Origin: a virus
Taxonomy: Duplodnaviria > Caudoviricetes
Direction: 5' to 3' (one strand)
Length of the DNA: 27,376 nt
Virus record (IMG/VR): IMGVR_UViG_3300037991_004325
Location: 1-27,376 of that record
The notes beneath the pieces were generated by a model. The model made no database searches and was not told the origin of the DNA. It saw nothing but the letters and a program-made list of their open reading frames with translations. This document shows positions 7,201-16,300 of the stretch, piece by piece (position 1 is the stretch's first letter; every line of letters starts with the position of its first letter). Made by a program: the position numbers and the translations under genes.

Positions 7201-9718
7201 CGATACTATTTGTAGAAATGTCCGCATCAACTCCGGCTACATTTGTCCATTTCGTTCCATCATAAGAAAGGAAATCTCCAGCATTTGGAGTGGTGTCTAG
7301 AATTTCTCGGCCGATGCCGTACGGAACTGTGTACGTTGTGCCCGTGTATTTAGCGCGACCTCTAGTAACTCGAAGGTCAAGCATGAACCCTCGCCAGAAG
7401 TTGTGAGTTAAAACATTCTGATCGTTGAGGTCATTGCGACCTAAAATAAACTCTTGATCACCTGTATAAATTACATCAGCTGTTGTGTAGTCAACTCTGT
7501 ATCCATCAAGCCATAATGCGTGCAAATCGGCTTCTTTGGTTACTGCGACGTGATGCCAATTGTTAAGGCTAACAGAGTTATTCGGAGTGCTCAGCTGAAA
7601 GCCGCTTTGACCTTGCGCACCAACCACATTCCATGACAATGATCCGTCTTGCAAAAGCCTGAGTGTGTAACCACCATTTCCTTGAGTTGCTACTTTTCTA
7701 AAGATGCATCTATCTTCTAGCAAAAGAGATGGATAGAAAAATATTTCTATACAGCCGTCACCATCGACAACTTGCCAGCTGACATCATTAGCCCAGGACA
7801 CATAATTGTCTAAGCGTTGCTGTAAAGTCCAGTTTGAAGACGGCCCCCAGTATCTTGCGATAGGATATAAATAATTTTCAGGGCTAAAAAATTCGTATGT
7901 TGTGCCTACGTTAGCATTTGCTTTTGGCGTCGAAACTGCTAATACAGTCGAAACATCTTCACTCGTTAAATAGTTTAAGTTTGGATTAGCAACCAACATA
8001 TATGCGGCTACTAATTTATTATTTGTAATACCTAGATCTCCGAATTGCACGTCTTGCATATCGTCCAGCCTGAACCGCTGGTCAAGCGTGCTAGCAACCC
8101 AGTTTGTGCCGTCCCACAGCAGCCCATATCCCGTCCCCGCGCCGTAAGGGGCTACGTCACCTAACTGGCCAATGCTGTAATCATTGAGATTAAGCAGAGG
8201 GAATCCCATCCTGAAGCCCCCAGTTTCTGCGATCAGGGCTAAGCCAGGGGATGCGTCCGCCGTGCTGACATTTTCAAGCGCACCCAGCGAGCCTTCATAA
8301 GCAACTAAATGCAGTGGGTCTGTAACACCCAGAGGCTTTTCCTGTGCATTCTCAGCAGGCGGGATAAAGGCTTGTGCATTATTCAAGCCATCCATCAATA
8401 TCCGAACGTATGCAAATTTTTCGTTCTCTATTTTGTCTGTGCTTTCTCTAACTTTTAAGCATACATACGGCAAGTTATCGACAACCGTATATCTCCCTAA
8501 ATTTTCTTCATCACATGGCTGACAGGATAGGTCTGGAAATGCCTCGGGAGTTGCTCCAAAATTCTGATAATAGTCAAACTTGGCGTACCATAATTCTGGA
8601 TATTGTGCTTTCCAGTTTCCCTCTGATGGATTCCAGACTAATGTCTTTCCATAGTCTCTATCGTTAGTATTGACATCCCTTAAATCGTTGATGCCGGCAG
8701 ACGATAAATCCGGGGCGGGTCCAGCTACTGGCTGCCACTCTGATGCGGCAGAGTTCCACGCTAAAACATATCCTTCTCCGGGGATAATATCCGAAACGTC
8801 TCCAATGTTTTGAAGTTGTTGATTTCCAAATTCTGTTCTTACATGTTCTAATGTAGTAAGTGAAAATAAACTTTCATCTGTGCCGTCATGCAAGTTTGGA
8901 ATTGTATTCGAAGTGTATCGAATTTTTGTCGCATTTTCAATATAAATATCGTCAGGTGATTTAATAAATATATTTTTTTGGTAGGCATTTTGTCCGAGAT
9001 ATGTTTTCTTTAAATTTATCTCCATATCCTCATCGGCCATTAACCTTAGGCCAGAGCCTGCAATTATTCTTTGACTTGTAGAAATGTCTTGGCTGTTATA
9101 TGCAAATCTTAGTTCTGATATTTTTGCCCTGTTGAAAGTTACAACATTTCCGGCTTGAACTGTCCCATCAATAATATCAAACGTGGGTGCTACTGGTGCC
9201 CAGTAGTATTTATTATTTGGGTAATCGTATTGATACCATAAAAGATCATTTGCGTCAGGGGTATATTTAGGATTATTTGCTGAAGCGTAGAACCCATAAT
9301 TGACATCACCAGCGTCATTGAGCGATGGGATTAGTCCAGCATTGCCTCCATACGCGGCCGGTGGTCTTACAACCCACTTTGTGCCATCCCACGTCAGCAG
9401 CCAACCGGCTTCGCCTGTATCGAGTTCCCCAGCAATGCCATCCTCAATGTCAACGTCTCCAATATCAGACAGGTCACACGACAGCAGTTCTTCTTTATCC
9501 CATGGGATTGCAATTCCACCAATATCTGTAGAAATCTGAGTAATATCACCATTAGTGTCTAATGTCCACAGTTCTGCAAACTGTTCGCCACGTCGAATTA
9601 CAAGCTCACCAGCCTCGATCGAGCCGCCCTCAATATCGCTAGCGCGGATTGCATTTTTAAAATCCTCAAGTTCCTCAACTTGAGAATGCTTGAGGATGAT
9701 CCGATCTAGCTGAGCCAC
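4211..9718 (-). CDS. Long modular tail fibre with two LamG/concanavalin A-like domains (1835 aa)
   Basis: About 15 'l-x-d-l-x-D-V...G-x-x-L-x-W-d-G-x-x-W' repeats. LamG-like domains at about 7345-7830 (IEIFFYP...WHHVAVTK...LWLDG...LDLRVTRG) and about 4725-5245 (FEFLIK...WNHVYL...LYING...LDDLRIT). Mtd_N-like motifs at both termini; ends in EIDGGLY. GTG start. Confidence 0.88.
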   Translation of the reverse strand: MAQLDRIILKHSQVEELEDFKNAIRASDIEGGSIEAGELVIRRGEQFAELWTLDTNGDITQISTDIGGIAIPWDKEELLSCDLSDIGDVDIEDGIAGELDTGEAGWLLTWDGTKWVVRPPAAYGGNAGLIPSLNDAGDVNYGFYASANNPKYTPDANDLLWYQYDYPNNKYYWAPVAPTFDIIDGTVQAGNVVTFNRAKISELRFAYNSQDISTSQRIIAGSGLRLMADEDMEINLKKTYLGQNAYQKNIFIKSPDDIYIENATKIRYTSNTIPNLHDGTDESLFSLTTLEHVRTEFGNQQLQNIGDVSDIIPGEGYVLAWNSAASEWQPVAGPAPDLSSAGINDLRDVNTNDRDYGKTLVWNPSEGNWKAQYPELWYAKFDYYQNFGATPEAFPDLSCQPCDEENLGRYTVVDNLPYVCLKVRESTDKIENEKFAYVRILMDGLNNAQAFIPPAENAQEKPLGVTDPLHLVAYEGSLGALENVSTADASPGLALIAETGGFRMGFPLLNLNDYSIGQLGDVAPYGAGTGYGLLWDGTNWVASTLDQRFRLDDMQDVQFGDLGITNNKLVAAYMLVANPNLNYLTSEDVSTVLAVSTPKANANVGTTYEFFSPENYLYPIARYWGPSSNWTLQQRLDNYVSWANDVSWQVVDGDGCIEIFFYPSLLLEDRCIFRKVATQGNGGYTLRLLQDGSLSWNVVGAQGQSGFQLSTPNNSVSLNNWHHVAVTKEADLHALWLDGYRVDYTTADVIYTGDQEFILGRNDLNDQNVLTHNFWRGFMLDLRVTRGRAKYTGTTYTVPYGIGREILDTTPNAGDFLSYDGTKWTNVAGVDADISTNSIDELLDVDVTSNNPGTGDALVWTGNKWEPGIPGVGSTWGLDDFSDVSTFYQVGSGYVRFDQATTLYFSDLYKNIFDQGSISSPGYATSINQFDGSWTCSDEWNTFGLGDGTSPSDDDAKFWTNQSTFVRVGLQGNVEIKGEKITVLNRFSDCYFIPRTFHGPSLHYQGCPNRAPSSTNLHNGDFEGGVIPETYIPCWGVLEDEINKLLAFGSLGSIGNVDAASPAIGQALAWDGTSWKPSSTISADISNNGIGDLRDVSPNASDNTVIEGYALLWNGSVWAPAPIAQDMFLFDTVEEKIVTNTFPIPGPRLYDTRDQEITTNQQEHENVIIGFAGKGERGFEFTAYEPTQNGFNPRKAYMFGGVGVGSPTFITSGLIGSTGSFLEIAAGHVRVADNGALNNGIDGFRIAKDWKIVYEDVDLVWDDFTNAQVPNKESILEYLNVQFNDLDITQYPLEDLENVNTAGKAIGYALMWDGSQWIASNSVAANIGSSSIGGLVDIDKTDNSDAVTNDGDITFDIGQLKTSRPAQTGGGLDLPSSNAAGLIGWSSNQEGAPYLKNTTGPLDTSSIEVLGDEVGVHAANGIIYGRQPSLGDNTVPSWLQVRQQIIRSAVDYQALFLLKAENFLESSYNWPLQVSVVTSPNPVYDSKFSGSYSIHFRKFNQDKIEWTANDGCPETWAAGRIWSFEFLIKTDSQTTGDGRDEYIIAPAEPDSYQSTGLHIYLKGLDRSELGVYFGTRILTNYGADHISGSLIEDSWNHVYLAQEGGGLIRLYINGIEVGDHLQTGAWQLTGGMAIGGRTLPDAFDEQGYLTAQLDDLRITDGWLPYITAAGSVPVPVDPLPLGDVANVFGRLSMLEDVNTTATAPVHGDALIWNAVQGYWEPGAEPAADISASSIGELTDVNVANSVADNGDVLAWDSSASEFQRTKIDGNGGVRPLVARTVAPGFVPSAGSLFAGELFLNMADKKLYALDASGTAFNFATDGTYSDVTEIDGGLY
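4420..9480 (-). repeat. Dispersed protein-level fibre repeat (about 15 copies) inside the 1835-aa gene
   Basis: Examples: LQNIGDVSDIIPGEGYVLAWNSAASEW; IGQLGDVAPYGAGTGYGLLWDGTNW; IDELLDVDVTSNNPGTGDALVWTGNKW; LGSIGNVDAASPAIGQALAWDGTSW; LEDLENVNTAGKAIGYALMWDGSQW. Diverged at the DNA level. Confidence 0.85.
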
Positions 9719-9740
9719 CCGTTGCGCCTCTGTTGTCGGC

Positions 9741-9750
9741 GTAGGTTTCC
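9741..9750 (-). promoter_or_regulatory. Conserved intergenic motif GGAAACCTAC (candidate late promoter)
   Basis: 10 nt after the stop at 9761 and 22 nt before GTG 9718. Confidence 0.6.
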
Positions 9751-9760
9751 GCTCTGCTAG

Positions 9761-10321
9761 TTACCAAAGGCCAATAGGGCAGCTGCTTTTTGCGATTCTA
9801 GTTTTTGCCGGCAGGAAACAACCACACTTGCCGCACCTTTGATCTTTACCTTTAAACGGGCAGGTATTGCATACATCCATTCTGGCTTTCGGATCCGTAA
9901 CACCACCTGATGCCAAATCCTTAGCTGACTTGATTAGCCCTTTAGCCATATCAAGTGGTGATGCCTCGATTTTCCTTTTTATTTCAGCTACATCATTGAC
10001 CTTTGTCATAGCAATTTTTTCATCTTCGATTTTTCTTTGCAGTGCCAACTCTTCCATTTCAATTCTTTTGGCTTCAACCTCCTTTTGTTTTTGCTTGATT
10101 ATTTCTGATCTCTCAATCAACCATAGCCTGCTGTAACTTTTGACTTGTGCGCTTATCTCAGCTTGCTCAGGATGTTCAGGCCATTGGCCTAGATACCCGA
10201 TGCACCAAATGTAGTTGCGCGGCAGATTGCTAAGGTCAAATGTCTTTTCTAGAAGGCAACAGGCACCTGATGGATCTGTCCCGTCTGCTGCCCGAAAAAC
10301 CGTCCAGTCTGGTGAGCGCAT
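9761..10321 (-). CDS. Coiled-coil protein with C-terminal CxxC...CxxCGC...K...CP-x-G-x-W (DUF6171-like) metal-binding domain
   Basis: C-terminus is RMDVCNTCPFKGKDQRCGKCGCFLPAKTRIAKSSCPIGLW, preceded by a K/E-rich helix. The ORF track starts at GTG 10375. ATG 10321 (186 aa) is preferred because it removes the overlap with the giant gene, follows purine-rich GAGAAAGG, and lies 18 nt after the conserved intergenic motif. Confidence 0.8.
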   Translation of the reverse strand: MRSPDWTVFRAADGTDPSGACCLLEKTFDLSNLPRNYIWCIGYLGQWPEHPEQAEISAQVKSYSRLWLIERSEIIKQKQKEVEAKRIEMEELALQRKIEDEKIAMTKVNDVAEIKRKIEASPLDMAKGLIKSAKDLASGGVTDPKARMDVCNTCPFKGKDQRCGKCGCFLPAKTRIAKSSCPIGLW

Positions 10322-10339
10322 GCCTTTCTCAAAAGCGCC

Positions 10340-10349
10340 CAAGTGTTCC
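10340..10349 (-). promoter_or_regulatory. Conserved intergenic motif GGAACACTTG (candidate late promoter)
   Basis: 4 nt after the TAG of the giant gene and 18 nt before ATG 10321. This is the most divergent copy, and it is intergenic only if ATG 10321 is the true start. Confidence 0.45.
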
Positions 10350-10353
10350 TGAT

Positions 10354-13300
10354 CTATGCCCGTCCAGGGGGCCACGTATCCTTGTCATCTAAGTATTCAT
10401 TTAGTTCAATATTTTCTCTAAGCTCTTCCATTAGTTCTTTAGCATCTTTTGTTCCCTGAGGTCTCTTGACTGGCCCCGTAGCGTATGGGGGTGTTGAATT
10501 TTCGTCTTTTTCGATTAATTCATCTACTTCCTCTTGCTTCGCATCTCTCTCATCTTCTGTATTGGCTTTCAAAGTTTCAAGCTCTTGTTTTTGTCCTTCT
10601 GCATTGTAAATTACTTCTCTTATTTGCTCGATCTGCTCGCAGATATTTTTGCATTCTCTTTCATGATCACCACGCGAAATACGATTTAATAACCCACAAT
10701 TCATTTCACCGTTTTCATTTACCTTACAGCAGATTTTGTTTCCAAAGGAATCTTCGGCAGGCGCATAGCCTTCTTTGCATTTGTCTGGATTCCATACAAG
10801 TAAGCCAGCTCTTTCGTTTAAAGACTGTAATTGCGCTTCGGCGTTTTCAAGTGAATTTTTAGCGTTCTGCATGTCTGAGAAAATACTTTCTCTGTCATCG
10901 ACCCAGCTACCTTTTACACTCTTTGCTTCTCTCAAAGCCAGTTCTGCCTGAGTCCAGACAGGCCTTTGCTCATCAACATCCGTTATCGCATTTTCTAGTT
11001 GTTTGTTAAATGATATGCACTCACCATAACCCTCTCTTTCATATTGCGATTGTGTGTAACCTTCTGGAAGATCGCATGAATTAATTTCGATCCGACGCTC
11101 ACCTAATTTAACTTCCTCTTCATATACGAGCATATCGCTTACAACCCCTAAATAATCTTCTTGTGCTACGGATAGATCAGCCTCTTTGTTTGCTAATTCG
11201 TTTTCAAGAATTACATATTCACTGCTTAATGGATCGGTTTCAGATATAATAACTTTAAGTTCAGTAATTTCTACCTGCAATCTTGATACAGACAAATATA
11301 AAGTATTAGCTGCTGACTGTGCGCTTAAAAGATTATTTTTTGCTGTGTCATTGATTAATTCTTGCTGCTCAATCTGTGATTCCTTATCGGCTTGCGTCTG
11401 CTGAAGCTCTGTCAGTTTCTCGTCTGCTGCATCAAATGCTTCTTGCTTTGCTTCTATGTCAGAGTCAATGCCCGACTGACTACCATCAGTTTGTTTAAAC
11501 AAATTTTCTAATCTGAGCACTTCATTCATTGCATTATTTCTTACTTGGATTGCTATATCTATTTGAGACTCAAGTTGTTCCAAAAGGGTTTCAAGATTTT
11601 CAATTTCTTTTTCTTGATCTTCTATAAACTTTTCTACAAATTCAACGTAACCTTCAAGCCATGCAATTAATGCATTTAACTCTTCTATCTCTCTTACCAT
11701 TTTTAAAATAACTAGATCTTGAGAACCCGCTTCAAAGTAAGTGTCAAAGACTGCGCCGCATCCTTCATTTCCTGGCGTACATCCATAAACTAATTCAGCC
11801 TTATTACATATCGGATGCCCGGCCACTAGATCCTCAAACGTAACCATTGTGTTAAATCCAAGGGCACCCGCAGCATCGTTATCATGCAAGCACTCAGCTC
11901 TTTGTGGCCACTTTTGTCCAGGGTATCGGCCTATCTTTACCCAGTTTTGATAATCAGTCGTAAAATAAGTTCCAGACTCTGATAGGTCTACTTCATAAAC
12001 CCAGCCCTGCCTATATTGCTTGCCTTCCCAATACTCGTTAATGCAAGCCATCAGGCCGCCAATGCAATACTCCCAATATCTGTTTTGATAAGCCACACCT
12101 GGCCGATCTTCATAGTAAAGACTTTGCGAACAATCGTATTTCACGCATGTATCCTTTTCATGTTGATAGTCCCATCTGAACTTACCATTCATTTCTTCCT
12201 CGCCTGTCCTGTCTGGTGAATCAGGCGAGATAATATTTTTCAAAACCTTGCCATACAATTGAGCGTTATATGCTTTGCCAGGCGTATTGTCGTATTCAGT
12301 CACGCACATGTAGCAAGTTCCATAGGTGCATTCTGAATCATCTCTACAAGTGCCGCCCATACAGCAACCGCATACACGCACTTGCTCGTAGTAAACACTG
12401 TCAGGATTTTGTACTTTGGCTAAATCATTTTGCAGGTCTCTAAGTAGCTGCTCCTGTTGCTGAATATATCTTCTGCTTTGTCTAACCATATACCTGCTAT
12501 GTTCAAGCTGTCTATACTTAACATCTAATTGCAGCTGAGCATCATTCGGCAAGTCTTCTAGTAATTCATTTATATCTTCCTCGTTTTGATCAAGCAATTC
12601 ATCCAGTTCATCGCTTCTTTCCTGTAAGGCGTCTCTTTCCGTTTCCGACTGAGTTAATTGCTGCTCAAGATTTTCAAGATCTAGATGTTTTTCGTTAAAC
12701 AGCGCGAGTTCAATTTTTTTCTCAAGTACCTTAACTTTTTCAGTGGCTTCATACAACTCTTCGTCAGTCTCTTTTATTTCTTCGTTATAACTTTCTCTTA
12801 GTTGCTCCAGTTGATTAGATACATTCTGATTGTATCCATTGTTTATTGTTTGCTGAACAATTGCTGATTCGTATGCAGCAGATGCATTTTGCAAGTTTAT
12901 TAATCTTTCTTGATAGTTGTCTTCAAAATTGTCTAATGAATCTTGCGTTTGTCTTATTTTCTGCTCTACTCTCATTACCTCTGCTGACGGACCTACGTCT
13001 ATTCCTGGCCCTTGCTTTTCCCACTTAAAGCATGATTCACAATCTGCCCATGCACCGCACTGGATGCCTGTCTCCGTGCAAGTACATGGCCTGCAATCCC
13101 CAGACTGTTCTTCACCGTCAGCGCTGACAATTGTTAGCGTGCTGCTAGGCCATGCGTTTTTGACCTCTCTAACTGCATTGTCGTAATTTTCTTGCGAGCT
13201 GTAATAATCTCGAATAGTGTTTGGATCTTCATTTAAATAATATGTGATTTCCCATGGGCCTTTTGCTTTGCCTTTGCTTTCAATCCAGGTTTCATATTTA

Positions 13301-16300
13301 GAACGGCAATCGCCTTGTTTGCTGCAGCAATAGCAGAAATATGGGTTTCCTCCAATCTCGCCTAAGTCTTGGCCATCAGCAGCCCCTATGCGCCCAGGAT
13401 TGCTGTCTTCACTGCCGCACTCGGTAATGCATGTATAGTTTTTGCACTTTTGATTACCAGGGCATTGAGCATCAGTTTCGCATTGAGCGCAAATGTCCTT
13501 TTTATAATCTAGACACTTTTCTGTTCTGTTATAAGCAAGCGTACCATCAGCAAGTGCTGTTGTTGATTGCAGGCATTTGAGTTTTTGATTTTTAAGATCT
13601 GCAATAGAATTGAACCCTTGGCAGCAGTCTTTAGTTCGATCCAGAATGCAAGCGCACTGAGTAGGCGGCAATACCAATTCGCCTGTGATCGGATCAATGT
13701 ATTCCTCACCCGACTCAAACGACCCTTCAATCGCACACGGTCCATGTCGTTTCTGACAGGTCGGACATTCCTTACCTTCAGAAAGCGAACCGCCGCATGG
13801 ACACTTTGCCTCGCAGTCTTCTTTGCACTTGCCAAGTTTATTGAGACTGCCACCATCGCAATATTCGCATTCAGTGCAATCGTCATCTGATCTACAGCCA
13901 CATTCCTCGGGTGACTCTTTCCATGGGTGCTCTTTACATATTTTTCTAGTTATGTAATCTACGCCGGTAGGTATCCCGTAGCCGGTGCTAGACGTAATTT
14001 CACCTTCACCATAAATGCCGCAACATGCATCGCTTCTATATGTTTTTTCATAGCAATCAGCACATGGCCCGCAATCGTCATCATTTACACATTCATCTGT
14101 TTCCGGTATATCGTCACACTTGCATTCTTTTGTTTCAGAAACAAAGCATGCATCCTTCAGTAAATTGTCAATCTGGAATGGTAGTTTTTCGCCACCTTCC
14201 ACGCATCTCAACTCTCCAGTGACTGCATCAATTACTTCGCAAGCGCGGTAATGTCTTTCATCTCCTAACTCTTCAGGTATGATTTGATTTTCTTCGCTAT
14301 CGTAAAGTTCGCAAAATACTCTATCGATCGTGCAGCCGTCAGGTGATCCATATTTTGTATTTGGATGCTCTTCTACTGATATACATTGGCCAGTGTCTCG
14401 ATCACAACATTGGCCAGTTTTCTTGCAAGGGTTCTTTTCGTCGCAACCACATGGCTGACAATATCCATCATCACCACAGCATTTATTCTTTGCTTCGCAA
14501 TTATCTTGTTCTTGTTTGCCGGCATTGTCAGTCGAGCCAGCAGTGGTTGATGTTTTCTCTTCGCATCTAAATTTACATACACCATCGCAGCATTTTTTAT
14601 TGCCCCCGCAGTGTCCATCGTTGCAACACTCGTTTTCTCCGTAGCCCTTTCTGATGCAGCCACCGTCGCAACAGAATTCACCTGTTGCGCATTCGGGTTC
14701 AGCGACAGTGCTAAGAGTTACTCCTGCACGTAGGCAATACCCGCCAATCGTATCCTCTGCACTGCAATAAAAGCCAGGCGGGCAATTGCCTTCATCGCCG
14801 CATAAGAACACGTCAGAGCCCGCCCCACACTGCCACACGCACTGATTGTGAATACACGTCTTTCCTTGCTGGCAAGTGTCAGCGCTCCCACATTCACCTT
14901 CTGTGCATTTCCCTTCATCACATACCTCACCCTCGTCACAGTCACTATTAGTAAAGCAAGTTACGCCAACCTCAATGCAGGTGTTGTTGCTACATTGATA
15001 TTCTTTTCCGTCTTGTAAAGCCTGCTCTGCGCAATCACTGTCATAAGTGCATCTGCCATCAGTTTGTCTGCAATATCCAAATCCGCCGCATACAGTTCCA
15101 TCCTCACAGTCCGAAGATGTTATGCAACTGTTTCTGCATACTTCGCAATTTGTGATATGTACTTTCATTCTTTCTTGCAATACGTCATAAACCTGCTCTA
15201 CGTTGCAAACTTCATCAACCTTTCTGCATGGTGCCCCAGTTGGACACTGCTCTGGACACGAATGACAAGTGTCCCCGTCCAGAAGCCCTGTGAAACAATC
15301 GCCAGTGCTTAGCCCCGTATAACAAGGTGTGTCACATTTACCCTCATTGCAAAGAGTCCCTTCCCCGAATTGCCTTACACAATCGCTATTAGTAATGCAT
15401 TCAATACACTCACCCTTTTTGCATCTTCCCCCACCGCAGTCAAAGTCTGTTTGGCACGTCTCTATACATACGCCACTGCCGCCACAAAAGCCGCAGTTGC
15501 AGTCTTGCGTCGTATTGCAAGGCATAGGTTTGCAGACCCCTCCAGGGGCGCAGAAGTCTGCGCAGCTTTCGCATCCAATAACAGCGGGGTCAAATGCTGC
15601 ATAACTTTCATCCGTTGGTTCCTCGTAACAAATCAGAGCTCCATCTCTGCCCATTGGGGCGCATACTTCTGGATACGTGCATTCAAAGTCAGCCAAGCAT
15701 TCGATAGGCTTTGGCTCGCATGTATCTGTATTACATTCTTGACCTGCGGGGCAATCTCTGTTTTTTGCTTCAATTAGTTGTTCTTCATAGTAATCTACTT
15801 GAGCTTGCTCTTCTGCTGTTAGCGGTGGATAAAGAGAGAGTATGTGATCAATTTGAGCCTGTAAGTGTTGAATCTTTTGGTCTCTTTCTGGGCTTTGTTC
15901 CTCTTGCTCTATTACAGCTTTTTTGTAATTCATCTCATCTAGTCTGGCCTGATCATTTGCATCAGGAACTGACTTTACTTTAATGCCAAAAATTATATCT
16001 TCTATTTCTTTTACTCGATCGTTTTCAGGATCACAGGTTGCGCCTACAAACTGGCAACCCCCTTCAATGCATTGATGGTATTCAGGACAAGATGTGCATT
16101 TTCCATCCCTGCACGTTTCATTAAATGCACAGTCATTGTCACCTGCACACACAACAATATTTTCATTACACTTATCAACGCATTGCTCACTTTTGCAGAC
16201 TTGCGATGGGTTGCAATCACTATTTTCTTTACAGCCTCTTGTGCATTGTCCAGCTTCACAATAAAAACCTTCATCACAGTCTTGACTACCAATGCAGGAA

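Noticed and set aside
1965-9718. Diversity-generating retroelement suggested by the Mtd_N-like motifs
   Set aside because: No reverse transcriptase, no near-identical TR/VR pair differing at adenines, and no C-type-lectin variable C-terminus seen in the window. Mtd_N is only an attachment domain.
10322-10375. GTG 10375 start for the CxxC protein (204 aa)
   Set aside because: It overlaps the giant gene and spans the conserved motif. ATG 10321 fits better, though this is not proven.
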